Positions 36,401 to 46,334 of a stretch of DNA of 64,000 bases are shown in pieces; position 1 is the stretch's first letter, and each line of letters starts with the position of its first letter. The notes beneath the pieces are model-generated. The model was not told where the DNA came from. It searched no databases and saw nothing but the letters and a program-made list of their open reading frames with translations. The DNA is from a virus. The translations under genes and the position numbers were made by a program. The stretch is taken from the IMG/VR virus record IMGVR_UViG_3300030380_006483; one strand, 5' to 3'.

Positions 36401-38829
36401 ATTTAGATATAGCAGAAATAGCAATATCTCCACAAAATAGTATTGATCAAGATATTATTAACCAATTTGGGTTTTTTGATATAGATGAATATATAGGTGA
36501 CCCTACTTTATCTGGCTCTTTAACTTATCCTAAATTAGATGAACTAAAGGATTTTTATTTTAGAAAATATTTTCAAAAAACAAGTGTATTACAATCTATA
36601 AGGTTATTATCATATTTTGATAATTCTTTATTTAAAATGTTAAGGGATTTTGTTCCTGCTAAAACCTTATTAAATACTGGATTAGTAATAAAACCTACAA
36701 TATTAGAAAGAACTAAAGTAGAAAAATTTGAACCCGCTTTTACTTATATAGATTATAGTGGTTCCACTCAAGTAGTAAGTGTTACTGGATCCAACCCAAT
36801 GGACAAAAACCTAAACACCAGCTATACTGGTGAAGTTATAATCCCATCCAGTTCAGCTAATACTATTACGGCTTCAGGGGTAATTTTTAATTTTAACGAT
36901 TTAAGAGAACCTTTTACTGGAGAGTTTAGTGGTAGTGAATTAACAGTTTATACTTTACCTACTAGTAGTACAGTAACAGAACTAAGCTTTTTTGATAAAG
37001 AAATAGATTCTAATACTATGCTAACCTATTCTGCTATACCTTTAAACCCTACTTTAAATAACATATCGGAACCACGAAAATCAATAAGATTTATGGATAT
37101 TGATTACTCATCAAACCCAATAGTTCCTGTTAATATAGGTTTTATAACAAGTAGATCATTAGGAACACTATCAGAATTAAGTTCATCTTTCTTAGATGCT
37201 CCTGTACAAGATAGTAATTATACTTTATTGCGTAGTAAAAACCCTAGATATTTAGGTAGTAAAAACACATCCCAAAAATATAATATATTTACTGTAGGAG
37301 ATACTTCTTTTGGGCAAACTGCAGCAATTGATTTAAATTCACTTAAATTTGCCTACTTTTCAGAAATAGTAGAAACTGGATCGGCATTTCCAGAAAGATC
37401 TAATGTGTATATTAAATATTTAATTGATGGAAGATCTAATGTTATAGAATTAACTAGAAATAATGAAAATATATTTGATTTACAAAATATATTTAATGCT
37501 AAAAAAGAAGTTGATATATCTTTAGATAATAATCAATTATTTGGAGACCAAAAATATTTAGATGGTTTAAAACCTGTATATGCTGGTGGATTTAAATATT
37601 TACCTACACTACAAAATCCAACAGGAAGTAGTAATTTAAATTATAGATTTACAGCTGGGCCGATTGAAAATCTAACTAAGGAAGATATATTCCCTATACC
37701 TAATAGTTTAGGGGGTAAATTTGTAAATATAGGTGATTTTACTCTAGGAACCATTCAAATACAAAGTGGAAGCAATAGTGTATCAGTAGGAGGATACCCT
37801 GCTATTACATTAACTAGAAGTGAACCTATTAATAGAGAAAGTATTTGGTGGGATAATGATTTATTGATTAATGTAGAAGGACAAGTAGAACTAGAAATTA
37901 ATGTTCCTAAAAATGTATCGGCTTCATTTGATACTATATCCTGGAACCCATTTAATGGAGTGGCACCAATATTTTCAGCATCAACAGATTTCGGAGATTT
38001 TGAATTAATAGAAGCTATTTATCATATTTCTAATTCTGTAATTTTACCTAAAAATACAGATAAAATCGAAGCAATATTTGATGAATCAATATCAGCAATG
38101 GGGGGACAATTTGAAACTAGTTTTGAAACACCTGATATAGTAAGTGCTTCTGTAAATATAGGTGGTTTACAAGCGGCCTCTTTTGGTACTCCCTCTTATA
38201 CTTACTATTTCCCTTCGGATCCAATGACTTCATTTACATCAAGTATAGTTGATGGTGGAGATGCTAGTAATGGAAATGCATTTTTCTTAAGAAATAATAC
38301 AGGATCATTTAATATTTTAACTGCTTCTGTATCCATGTCTTTTTGGTATGACAATTTTACTCAAACTTCATCTATTTATGAAAGTGGTTCTGATTCATAT
38401 GGTGTTATAGATGAAAGGTTTGTTATAGAAGAAGGAGATCTATTTAGATTTGTAGATAAAGCTGGAGGAGTAGCAGGTTCAGGAAGTGGAGAATTTCCTA
38501 TAACATTTGAAAGACAAGTTAAAAGAGTAAGTGTTATACCGAGGGATGAAGTAACAAATACAAGACGTTTAACTATTGAATTTGACAAAGACATACCAGC
38601 TAGGGCTTGTGAAGATTTTACAACCGCAAACCCGGACGCTGCTAGACAAATTAAAAGATTTGTCATACTAAAAAAAGTAGAAGATGAAACAAATATTGTC
38701 CTTAATTTTGAAAAACAACCAGGACAAACTTCTACAGGTATAGTATTACCCGCTGACTTACCTCAAACATTACAGGAAAAAGCAGGTAATATAGTAAAAG
38801 AACTTAAGTCACAAAACTTAATAACATAA
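33484..38829 (+). CDS. Very large baseplate/tail structural protein
   Basis: 1781 aa; NLPYLLKTKGSYRGLRALLNCFG resembles baseplate wedge proteins; LamG-like segment (EFQEFRYW). Confidence 0.75.
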   Translation: MIEEVSISSVSASSLETQVYSSQDINLLNEFELNRDFGAEQDIIEYHIFDINNNLLSSSYDYTSYNTQVTNPSSSLYNTLYINPDQDLNNSGFNIGEYNVLYKFYRPVFLSSNTTRYFIKEISSDRTEIQISTNNLSYNAVGTSYFNYLTSKAEKTFYSDLLLNFGDNNTLIAVNSLLDTEDTSQAGIFIKLYEPLPAEYSLKDTLYIVEEISDPISFQVNIQFTSEETEEIEFLRGPNTSIDLNDKTNTPTKYFNTNELLGTVLTSSFQQVQSVLEEKGISINIDYTDYNNFVQFSSAYDRLANFKHKLTQIQSFQSDLNTIKGLNPLTDQTSISASEATLQENINTLIEQFDGYEYFLYFESGSKSWPKSNSTPPFNNFSVTSNSASVWYGSKVESDSNFGGQSLSASLYDTNNLTYVWNTLPTYVQEDTQNQNLELLVSMLGQHFDTIWTYTRAITDITNADNRIDRGISKDIVADTLRSLGIKLYTSNRTNQDVFTTLLGITPSGSLVPETGSLRVETYISASNEVTPYNDINKEVYKRIYHNLPYLLKTKGSYRGLRALLNCFGVEDTILRIHEYGGIEKNVKQITQFYKNHVYALDTRRSSSVEIPWLPSLMPIVGENWEDIEQDWNNIEGWWNGTLAEDQVPDTVQFRFKASSIPSASYATQSLFQVNTGSATQFGIQLRHTSASFGEMKFILSGSQGYVTTSPMLQPFFTGGFWDVMLRRDPGKTNLNQTGSVDVTYELITKNSRFDGDNSFIQYQDSSSLFISSSTSASYNEAWSKYTFSSENTHLLGYLGGTGSNNVIAPNNIIFDGEFQEFRYWITSLSQSKFDEHVLNPTSYIDNDLTSSYYNLVYRLPLGNYDQISGSDGDNKITSVHPMVTGSFAPTGSFLGTGSSTVNFAIINNFTGSSFKSESRVDAIQGPDLGGFVTNDNKVRVLNNEIISGSTLSPYVSVQINQLSSSVIDYTPDLDIAEIAISPQNSIDQDIINQFGFFDIDEYIGDPTLSGSLTYPKLDELKDFYFRKYFQKTSVLQSIRLLSYFDNSLFKMLRDFVPAKTLLNTGLVIKPTILERTKVEKFEPAFTYIDYSGSTQVVSVTGSNPMDKNLNTSYTGEVIIPSSSANTITASGVIFNFNDLREPFTGEFSGSELTVYTLPTSSTVTELSFFDKEIDSNTMLTYSAIPLNPTLNNISEPRKSIRFMDIDYSSNPIVPVNIGFITSRSLGTLSELSSSFLDAPVQDSNYTLLRSKNPRYLGSKNTSQKYNIFTVGDTSFGQTAAIDLNSLKFAYFSEIVETGSAFPERSNVYIKYLIDGRSNVIELTRNNENIFDLQNIFNAKKEVDISLDNNQLFGDQKYLDGLKPVYAGGFKYLPTLQNPTGSSNLNYRFTAGPIENLTKEDIFPIPNSLGGKFVNIGDFTLGTIQIQSGSNSVSVGGYPAITLTRSEPINRESIWWDNDLLINVEGQVELEINVPKNVSASFDTISWNPFNGVAPIFSASTDFGDFELIEAIYHISNSVILPKNTDKIEAIFDESISAMGGQFETSFETPDIVSASVNIGGLQAASFGTPSYTYYFPSDPMTSFTSSIVDGGDASNGNAFFLRNNTGSFNILTASVSMSFWYDNFTQTSSIYESGSDSYGVIDERFVIEEGDLFRFVDKAGGVAGSGSGEFPITFERQVKRVSVIPRDEVTNTRRLTIEFDKDIPARACEDFTTANPDAARQIKRFVILKKVEDETNIVLNFEKQPGQTSTGIVLPADLPQTLQEKAGNIVKELKSQNLIT

Positions 38830-38869
38830 TTTTTAAAAACATTATATTTATATATAACAAAAATAAACC

Positions 38870-39529
38870 ATGGGATACTTAAACAATACCACAGTTACTG
38901 TTGACGCCATTTTAACAAAAAAAGGACGTGAATTATTAGCGCGAAACGATGGCTCATTTAGAATTACACAGTTTTCATTAGCTGATGATGAAATAGATTA
39001 CACTTTATATAATCCATTCCATCCATCAGGTTCAGCTTTTTATGGAGAAGCTATTGAAAACATGCCAATTCTTGAAGCATTTCCAGATGAAACTCAAGTA
39101 ATGAAATATAAATTATTAACATTACCAAGAGGAACTGCTAAATTACCTGTATTAGAAGTAGGATATACTACTATTACATTAAAACAAGGAGCAGCATTAT
39201 CTATTACTCCTCAAACCTTAAATTATTTAGGTGCTGATACAACGTTTGAAGCATCAGGATATACTGCAACAATTGGAGATTCAAGAGTTTTATCTGTTTT
39301 CCAAGGAACGGGAATAAACACTACAGATGCTGCTACATTAAATTCTACTTCAACAGTAGGAACAAACGTATCAAGAACAGTAATTGGAACTACAATTAAC
39401 CTAACCGCTACTACAGTTAATACTTTATTTGGAACGGCAAATACTTTAAATACTATATTAACAATTACAGGTAGAGATTCGGGAGCCAGATTAACTATTC
39501 CTCTTAACATAACTAAAGTAACTACATAA
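38870..39529 (+). CDS. Virion structural protein
   Basis: MGYLNNTTVTVDAILTKKGRELLA...ITQFSLADDEIDY; after ATATTTATA (38844). Confidence 0.75.
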   Translation: MGYLNNTTVTVDAILTKKGRELLARNDGSFRITQFSLADDEIDYTLYNPFHPSGSAFYGEAIENMPILEAFPDETQVMKYKLLTLPRGTAKLPVLEVGYTTITLKQGAALSITPQTLNYLGADTTFEASGYTATIGDSRVLSVFQGTGINTTDAATLNSTSTVGTNVSRTVIGTTINLTATTVNTLFGTANTLNTILTITGRDSGARLTIPLNITKVTT

Positions 39530-39530
39530 T

Positions 39531-40571
39531 ATGAGCTTTGTAAGTTTAAACACTAGCGATTTCGTAGTAAGTGCAGATTCAATCACTTCTACACTATGGT
39601 CAGGTGAAGTACCAACATTAACACAATTTTTTACTTCATCACAAACTTCTTCATTTGATACCTTTTTAGATGTTTTTCAAACAGCATCTTTAAGATCAGA
39701 TGCTGCAGTACAATTTTCTATAGCTTATGGAGAAGTAGCAGGTTCAGGTTCAGCACCATATAATACTTTAGTTACTGGTAGTTCACCATCAAGAGTAACT
39801 TATGGACAATATAGAACTTTAGTTAATGGAGATGAAAATACAAACTTTAATTTTGGAGTAGGAAACACCGATTCTAGAGATATGTATGCTTTAACTATTA
39901 ATAGAGCAAGATATAAAGAAAAACTATTCCCAGGAACCTTTAATTTAACATTATCTGGTTCGGACGGTAGTGTTGCTTCTAAAATCCAATTAACAGATAA
40001 TTCAAAAGATATAAGTACACTAACTTTTTCAGATGCCGGTAGAGTATTTGATATAGTAAGTGGTACAAATGGAAGTGCTGTATCAGAAAGTGTTACAGGA
40101 AGTGTAACACCTGGACGTACACCTTCAGGTTCATATGGTAAGTTTTTACCAGATGTAGGTTTAGTATTATTAAACCCAAGAGCCTTAGCATTATCAGCAT
40201 CACAAGGAGGAGTAGGATTAGTAATTAATGATGATTTAACAAACACAGCATTAGTTGCTAATCATAGTGCTTTATTTGAATCAATAAAATTAGCCTCAAC
40301 ATTCTCAATGAATTCAGAAGAAACAATAACTTCTGATTATATATTTGTTAGAGTAAGAAATACAGACTTTAATTATACAACTAATCCATCTATGATAAGT
40401 GGTAGTGGAGAGTTTGTACATTCTAGTTTAATTAATAACCCTCAAACTTTTATTACAACTGTAGGTTTATATAATGATGCTACAGAATTATTATCAGTAG
40501 CAAAATTATCAAAACCATTAGTTAAAGATTTCACTAAAGAAGCTCTTGTAAGAGTAAAATTAGATTTTTAA
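39531..40571 (+). CDS. Virion structural protein
   Basis: S/G/T-rich; C-terminal TTVGLYNDATELLSVAKLSKP is homologous to ORF 45584. Confidence 0.75.
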   Translation: MSFVSLNTSDFVVSADSITSTLWSGEVPTLTQFFTSSQTSSFDTFLDVFQTASLRSDAAVQFSIAYGEVAGSGSAPYNTLVTGSSPSRVTYGQYRTLVNGDENTNFNFGVGNTDSRDMYALTINRARYKEKLFPGTFNLTLSGSDGSVASKIQLTDNSKDISTLTFSDAGRVFDIVSGTNGSAVSESVTGSVTPGRTPSGSYGKFLPDVGLVLLNPRALALSASQGGVGLVINDDLTNTALVANHSALFESIKLASTFSMNSEETITSDYIFVRVRNTDFNYTTNPSMISGSGEFVHSSLINNPQTFITTVGLYNDATELLSVAKLSKPLVKDFTKEALVRVKLDF

Positions 40572-40574
40572 TGA

Positions 40575-43500
40575 ATGAGTTTTGCATACAAAAAACTAAA
40601 TCCAGCTGATATTAAATCGGTTCCTTATATTGCTAATAAGCAATATGAGTACGATTCATCATCTTATTCAGATAATAATATTCAAACTTATGTAGGAGAG
40701 TATATTCCTATTACTACAGATCGACCTTTTGATCCTGTAAATGATAATCTAACTACTGATCAAAATTATAGAAGATTAATATATGAATCTATTCGTCATT
40801 TATATTATGAAAATTATATTACAGCTTCTTCAGTTGATCAAACCCCAGAAAGATCAGGCTTAGAATTTCCAGATAATGTTAATTATTTTTGGCATTCTTC
40901 ATCATTTGATAATTATATCCAAAATACTTTAGCATCAGGTTCCTTCCCAAATTATAGGAATTTTCCTTATTTCCAATCTCAGGAATTTGATTATGATGAT
41001 GAGGGAAATGCTTTATACGGAACAGCAGTTTATTTCATAGAAAACTCAGCTAAAATTAGAGTTATATCTGTTCCAAAGGACAAATATAGTGAAGGAATAA
41101 AACCTACAACTTTTGCTATCTCGGGTTCAGATTATTTTATAGCTGATGATGGGCAAGGAAATTTATTTGATTTTATAAAAGTAATAGCCGAATATGGTGA
41201 TGTATTTTATTCTGCTGCACCAGCATTTTATGCAGGAAAAGCAGATGGATTAGTTATACCTGTAGGAAATATATTTTATAATCATGGTTTAGCCGTTATT
41301 ACTAATCAAGACTATTTATGTTTTATAGAAGGTAATCCCGTAGCTAGAAATGATTATTTTACAATATTAAACACCCAGGAAGAAAAAATATTAAATATAA
41401 TATCCCAAGATTTTGATGATTGTGTATTTATAGCAACAGAATCAGTATCAACTTCTAATATTACAGATTTTACATTTCCTGATTTTAGTGTAAGTGGAAG
41501 TGGAGATTTAGTAATTACCCCTAATTTATCAAGTGCTATTCCGGGACAATATAAATTGCAATATACAGTAGATAATACTTTAGGAAATACAAGCAATACA
41601 GCATCAATAACATTAAATATAACTGCAGAGCCATTAACATCTTCAATAAATTCTGTAACAGAATCTTGTTTTGAAGGAAATGATTCTGCTTCTGTAACAT
41701 TTTCAATAGATAAAGGTTTACCACCTTATAGTTGGTCTATTGATGATTTAAATTATACTCCTTCAAATGATTTATTTCAACCTATATTAAGTGCCTCATT
41801 AACTCCAACACGTTCTTTAGTACTTTATATAAAAGATAATGAAGGAAATAAAGTAACTCAATCTTTAAATACTTCTTTTATCCCAATTAATGGAAAGGTA
41901 TTTCAAAATGAAGTATCATTTTGTGATACAGATGATGGTGAGATAATAATTAGTGCAAGTGGAGCAGAAGGCATAATATCAGCATCACTAACATCTTCAT
42001 TCTCTAACTCAGTATCATTACCAAACTCATATTCTTTATTAACTGAAGGGTCTTATACTGTATATTTTAAAGATTCTAATTTATGTACAAGTTCTTCTAC
42101 AATTACAGTAGGTAAAATATCACCTGTAACAGCTAGCTATTCTCTAACTCATATAGATTGTTTTGCTTCAAATAGTGGGCAAATTTTACTTGATGTATTA
42201 GATACTAATGATACTGCTTCTGATTCTTTTATAACAGGGGGTAGAGAACCTTTATCTTGGAGTTGGACGGGCCCTGGTGGGTTTACTACTACCTCTATAG
42301 ATGCAAACAACTTAGTAAGTGGAACTTATGAATTATATATATTTGATAATGATAATTGTAATTATCTTTTTAGTTATGAAATAACTTCTTCTGAAGAAAT
42401 TAAATATACTGCTAGTATTAATTATAGTAGTAGTATTTTTACTGCCCTTGATATTACAAATTTAAGTGGTAGTAGTGCTGAATATAATTATGTTCTATCT
42501 ACTTCTCAAAGTATACTTACAGGAAGTGTAACTACAGGGTCTAATAATATTTCTTTAGATGAAATAGGTCTTAACTCGGGTTCTGCTAGTTTAACTATTA
42601 CAGATACTTTAGGTTGTCAAGCTTCTACTTCAAGTTTAGAAATCTATGGTAGAACATGGGAAGTAAGCCAATCATTTTGTGAAGATGGAACAGGTAGTGT
42701 ATCAGCAAGAAATCTTAATTTTTATACTCTTAATACTGCAAGTGCAGAATGGGTAACAGTTAAAATACATTCTGGAAGTGAAACCCCAGTAGAAGTAGCT
42801 ACTTCAGGTAGTGCTACAGGAAGCTATACATGGAATCATAATAGTACATTATACTTAGATATATTTACAGGATCAAATAATAATTTTTCACTAGTAAGAG
42901 AATTTAGTGGATCCAGTGATTTACTAAATTACCCTGCAAACTTAACAGGTAGTGAAATTACAAATTCAGCTATTATTACGGGTAGTGGTAGAATGGATTA
43001 TTTTTATGAAAATAAAGATGTTTCATTATCATTTGGTACTAGTCATTCAATTTCTTCTTTACATTTAACAGCATCAAAAGTTAATACTGAAGAGTTAGTT
43101 ACTAATATTAATTTTAAATTTGGTAAAACTATTGATTTAAAAGATATTAGAGATAACTTTACAGGTAGTGCTACAAATTTATCATTAACAGGAAGTGGAG
43201 GAACAAACATAGCGGATGGTTCAGGTAGTAACTTTATAGCACGAGATAATGAATTTACAGATACTATATATGGTAATACAGGTAGTTTTATAGGACCTAA
43301 TACTTTATTGTTTAGAGAAGAATATCCATTTGGAAATATAATTAATACACCATCTGCATCTAATGTAGAATTTACTAATGGAAAAATATTTAGTGGATCA
43401 ATATCAGCAAGTTATTTTGGAAGTGATAATGCACAATATTTTACTCAAAGAACAGATAAAGCATGGTTAATGACAGCAGATATAGATAGTATTCCTTTTG

Positions 43501-43853
43501 TAGAAGCTTATTCCTACACAGATAATAGTCAGTATCAAAATGACCCTATAGGAATTAGAACTAATACTACAGGTAGTCATCGTGGATATAATATTTTTGC
43601 TGCAACTCAAAGAATGGAACATGATTTAATGTATTTAATGATAATACATGAAGATGAGTTTGCTAATATGCCTTTACCTACTGGTATAGGAAGTGGACAA
43701 ATATTTAGAAGAAGATTAAATTTAATAAGAGATGTTAATAGAATATACTATTTATTTATGTCTCCTATAGCAACATCAGGATCACAAGCTCAATTAGATA
43801 ATAGAGCAATATCAATTGGAAAATATTTTATAGATAATGTAATTAATGGCTAA
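40575..43853 (+). CDS. Tail/receptor-binding-like protein with Ig-like and SprB-like repeats
   Basis: THIDCFASNSGQI...GGREPLSWSWTGPGGFT...NLVSGTYELYIFDNDNC and KGLPPYSWS match SprB-type repeats. Confidence 0.7.
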   Translation: MSFAYKKLNPADIKSVPYIANKQYEYDSSSYSDNNIQTYVGEYIPITTDRPFDPVNDNLTTDQNYRRLIYESIRHLYYENYITASSVDQTPERSGLEFPDNVNYFWHSSSFDNYIQNTLASGSFPNYRNFPYFQSQEFDYDDEGNALYGTAVYFIENSAKIRVISVPKDKYSEGIKPTTFAISGSDYFIADDGQGNLFDFIKVIAEYGDVFYSAAPAFYAGKADGLVIPVGNIFYNHGLAVITNQDYLCFIEGNPVARNDYFTILNTQEEKILNIISQDFDDCVFIATESVSTSNITDFTFPDFSVSGSGDLVITPNLSSAIPGQYKLQYTVDNTLGNTSNTASITLNITAEPLTSSINSVTESCFEGNDSASVTFSIDKGLPPYSWSIDDLNYTPSNDLFQPILSASLTPTRSLVLYIKDNEGNKVTQSLNTSFIPINGKVFQNEVSFCDTDDGEIIISASGAEGIISASLTSSFSNSVSLPNSYSLLTEGSYTVYFKDSNLCTSSSTITVGKISPVTASYSLTHIDCFASNSGQILLDVLDTNDTASDSFITGGREPLSWSWTGPGGFTTTSIDANNLVSGTYELYIFDNDNCNYLFSYEITSSEEIKYTASINYSSSIFTALDITNLSGSSAEYNYVLSTSQSILTGSVTTGSNNISLDEIGLNSGSASLTITDTLGCQASTSSLEIYGRTWEVSQSFCEDGTGSVSARNLNFYTLNTASAEWVTVKIHSGSETPVEVATSGSATGSYTWNHNSTLYLDIFTGSNNNFSLVREFSGSSDLLNYPANLTGSEITNSAIITGSGRMDYFYENKDVSLSFGTSHSISSLHLTASKVNTEELVTNINFKFGKTIDLKDIRDNFTGSATNLSLTGSGGTNIADGSGSNFIARDNEFTDTIYGNTGSFIGPNTLLFREEYPFGNIINTPSASNVEFTNGKIFSGSISASYFGSDNAQYFTQRTDKAWLMTADIDSIPFVEAYSYTDNSQYQNDPIGIRTNTTGSHRGYNIFAATQRMEHDLMYLMIIHEDEFANMPLPTGIGSGQIFRRRLNLIRDVNRIYYLFMSPIATSGSQAQLDNRAISIGKYFIDNVING

Positions 43854-45573
43854 TACTGGATTTGAAATATCACAACATGTAGCTCAATATTTTACTACAG
43901 GACCTAATTCAGGTAGTAAAGTAACAAGTAGCTTTGATGTAAATTTAGGTCTCACTCCTTTTAGTGCATCATTAAATGGAGAAGAATTTTTTAATAGGTC
44001 TTATAACCCAGTAACATGTGAACCTGGGTTTGAAGATTGTTTAGTTCCTTTATTAACTAGTTTAACAACAGGATCTAGAAGAGGAAGATTTACTGTAAAT
44101 TATGTTACTCAATCTTCAACAAACACTCCTACTAGAATAACCGCTTCAGTTAGTGATGATATAAATTTTTCATCAGGAAGAACAGAAATATTTTCTGCTT
44201 CAATAGGTACTTTATTTCCAATAACATCTTCCTTTATAAGTGGGACAGTATATTTTAGAGCATTTACATCTTGTAGTGGACCTACCCCTTCACCTAATTC
44301 AGATTTATTATCATTTACTTATGATTTAATCCCTCCATTAAGTAAAAGTACAGTAGAAGTAGTATTTACTAATACTTTATCTTCACCAATGGAAGTAGAA
44401 ATTAGAAGTGAAAGAGGAAATCAAAATTATATTATAGAGGCTAAGGAATCAATTACATATGATTATACAAATAATTCATTTGACCCTGGAGCATGGGTAT
44501 CAACTAATAAATCATCTGATTTAACTGTAACTATAAAAGGAGGATCTAAAAGTACTTATGGTAATTCAATTCAAAGAGTTACTAATGGTGTTATAAAAGA
44601 AACATTTACAAAAGAAGGAGGATTTAATAACCCTACTAGTAGAAGAGATACTAGTGCTAATTACAACCCAGATGTTGGTATTACATTTAAAATTCAACAG
44701 TTAGTATTACCTGAAGGAGATACTACAACAACAACATTATCATTAGTACAAAATACCCCACCCCCACCACCACCAGCGGAACCAACTCCTGTATATACCC
44801 CTTACCCAAGAGCAGTTGTAGGATCTATTCCATATGAAACTGAAGAAGAAGCTTGTGCTGATTCTGGAGTTAATTTTAGAGAAAAAACTTATCAAAAATT
44901 TAAGGGATATTTGTATGATAATATAGAAGATGCTTTAATTGATAATAAAACCACATTTGAATTTTTAAATAATTTTATTCTTACTACTTTAACTGAGTAT
45001 TTAGAAGTAACAAAAGAAGGAAAAATAATAAGGGAAGGAGAAACATGTGATTTACCTCAAATTTCAATAGAAACAAGTAGAGGATCTTATACTGACCAAG
45101 AATCGGCCTGTAGAAGGAAAAAAATTGCAGGAGTTAATTTTAATTTTAAAGATAACACTTTAATAGGATCACGTTTAACAGGTAGATTCCCAGTATTTGA
45201 AGGCATAGGAAGAGGAGGTCGTAATATTATTTTAGAAAATGGTAAAATATTAGCATATGAAACTTGTGGAACTGAATTAACAGATATTCAATATTCTGAA
45301 ATAGGATTTAACAACGAAATATACCCATTAGAAACCCCTGAATTAATTAACCCAAGTCAATTAAGATTTGTTTGTAATTTTTCACAAAGATACATAAACT
45401 ATTCCTTAGGCCCATCAGGGATCGTATATTATGGGTTTAATTATAAAGAAGGTAAATATAAATATGTCCCACTAGGATTAGGACTTAGATGGTATAGAAC
45501 AACAGATGATAAATTTATAATACTTAATAAAGGATTAGTAGTAAATACTATAGATAATATAACATTTTGTTAA
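43846..45573 (+). CDS. Hypothetical structural/adhesin-like protein
   Basis: 575 aa, S/T-rich with a poly-Pro linker and Cys-bounded short repeats. Confidence 0.75.
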   Translation: MANTGFEISQHVAQYFTTGPNSGSKVTSSFDVNLGLTPFSASLNGEEFFNRSYNPVTCEPGFEDCLVPLLTSLTTGSRRGRFTVNYVTQSSTNTPTRITASVSDDINFSSGRTEIFSASIGTLFPITSSFISGTVYFRAFTSCSGPTPSPNSDLLSFTYDLIPPLSKSTVEVVFTNTLSSPMEVEIRSERGNQNYIIEAKESITYDYTNNSFDPGAWVSTNKSSDLTVTIKGGSKSTYGNSIQRVTNGVIKETFTKEGGFNNPTSRRDTSANYNPDVGITFKIQQLVLPEGDTTTTTLSLVQNTPPPPPPAEPTPVYTPYPRAVVGSIPYETEEEACADSGVNFREKTYQKFKGYLYDNIEDALIDNKTTFEFLNNFILTTLTEYLEVTKEGKIIREGETCDLPQISIETSRGSYTDQESACRRKKIAGVNFNFKDNTLIGSRLTGRFPVFEGIGRGGRNIILENGKILAYETCGTELTDIQYSEIGFNNEIYPLETPELINPSQLRFVCNFSQRYINYSLGPSGIVYYGFNYKEGKYKYVPLGLGLRWYRTTDDKFIILNKGLVVNTIDNITFC

Positions 45574-45583
45574 AAAATAAAAC

Positions 45584-45883
45584 ATGGCAATAACAGTAGG
45601 ACCAAATATCATTAAATTTAAAAATAAACATACTATATATGAAAATGAAATAGTATGTAGGGTAAATGCTACTGAACTTAATATGTCCCAAAACCCAACA
45701 ATCACAACCAACACTTCGGGTTCATTAAGGGATTTTGCTACAGGTTCTATTTTCCAACCTTATGCTACTACCATAGGAATATACAATGAAGCAAACGAAT
45801 TATTATTAGTAGGTAAATTTGGTCAACCTATTCCAATGACTAATGAAACAGACATTACATTCGTAATTAGATACGATCAATAA
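45584..45883 (+). CDS. Small structural protein, homologous to the C-terminus of ORF 39531
   Basis: TTIGIYNEANELLLVGKFGQP vs TTVGLYNDATELLSVAKLSKP. Confidence 0.75.
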   Translation: MAITVGPNIIKFKNKHTIYENEIVCRVNATELNMSQNPTITTNTSGSLRDFATGSIFQPYATTIGIYNEANELLLVGKFGQPIPMTNETDITFVIRYDQ

Positions 45884-46303
45884 ATGTGGTTATACAATAA
45901 TAAAGTTATAAAAGGCATTGAACAAATGCCTAAAAATACATTTGGTTTCATTTATGAAGCTACTTATATTCCAACTAATGAAAAATACTTAGGTAAAAAG
46001 GTATTATATTTTAATAGAACTTTACCACCTTTAAAAGGATTTAAACGTAAAAGAAAAGTAGTAAAAGAAAGTGATTGGCTAACATATTATGGTAGCCATG
46101 AAAAAATAAAAACTCTCCTAAAAGAAAATAAACATAATGATTTTAGAAGAGAAATTTTAGAATTTGCATTTAATAAAAAACACCTTACATACTTAGAGAC
46201 AAAATATTTGTTTTGTAATAATGTATTAGAGAATACAGAATATATAAATGATAATATATTAGGCAAGTTTTTTAGAAAAGATTTGGTTAACCCAAATATC
46301 TAA
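45884..46303 (+). CDS. GIY-YIG-like endonuclease
   Basis: GFIYEATYIPTNEKYLGKK...YYGS...LETK. Confidence 0.75.
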   Translation: MWLYNNKVIKGIEQMPKNTFGFIYEATYIPTNEKYLGKKVLYFNRTLPPLKGFKRKRKVVKESDWLTYYGSHEKIKTLLKENKHNDFRREILEFAFNKKHLTYLETKYLFCNNVLENTEYINDNILGKFFRKDLVNPNI

Positions 46304-46313
46304 CGTATCTTAA
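46282..46313 (+). promoter_or_regulatory. -33/-7 promoter with ATTTGG-N5-CCAAAT palindrome
   Basis: tttgg 46282-46286, cgtatcttaa from 46304. Confidence 0.65.
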
Positions 46314-46334
46314 ATCTAAACTGAAGTCTTTTTT

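Noticed and set aside
38870-45883. Diversity-generating retroelement acting on tail genes
   Set aside because: No reverse transcriptase and no template/variable repeat pair differing at adenines was seen in this window.
45884-46303. Group I intron or mobile homing element
   Set aside because: The GIY-YIG-like ORF is free-standing and abuts intact neighbours; no interrupted gene or intron core was seen.
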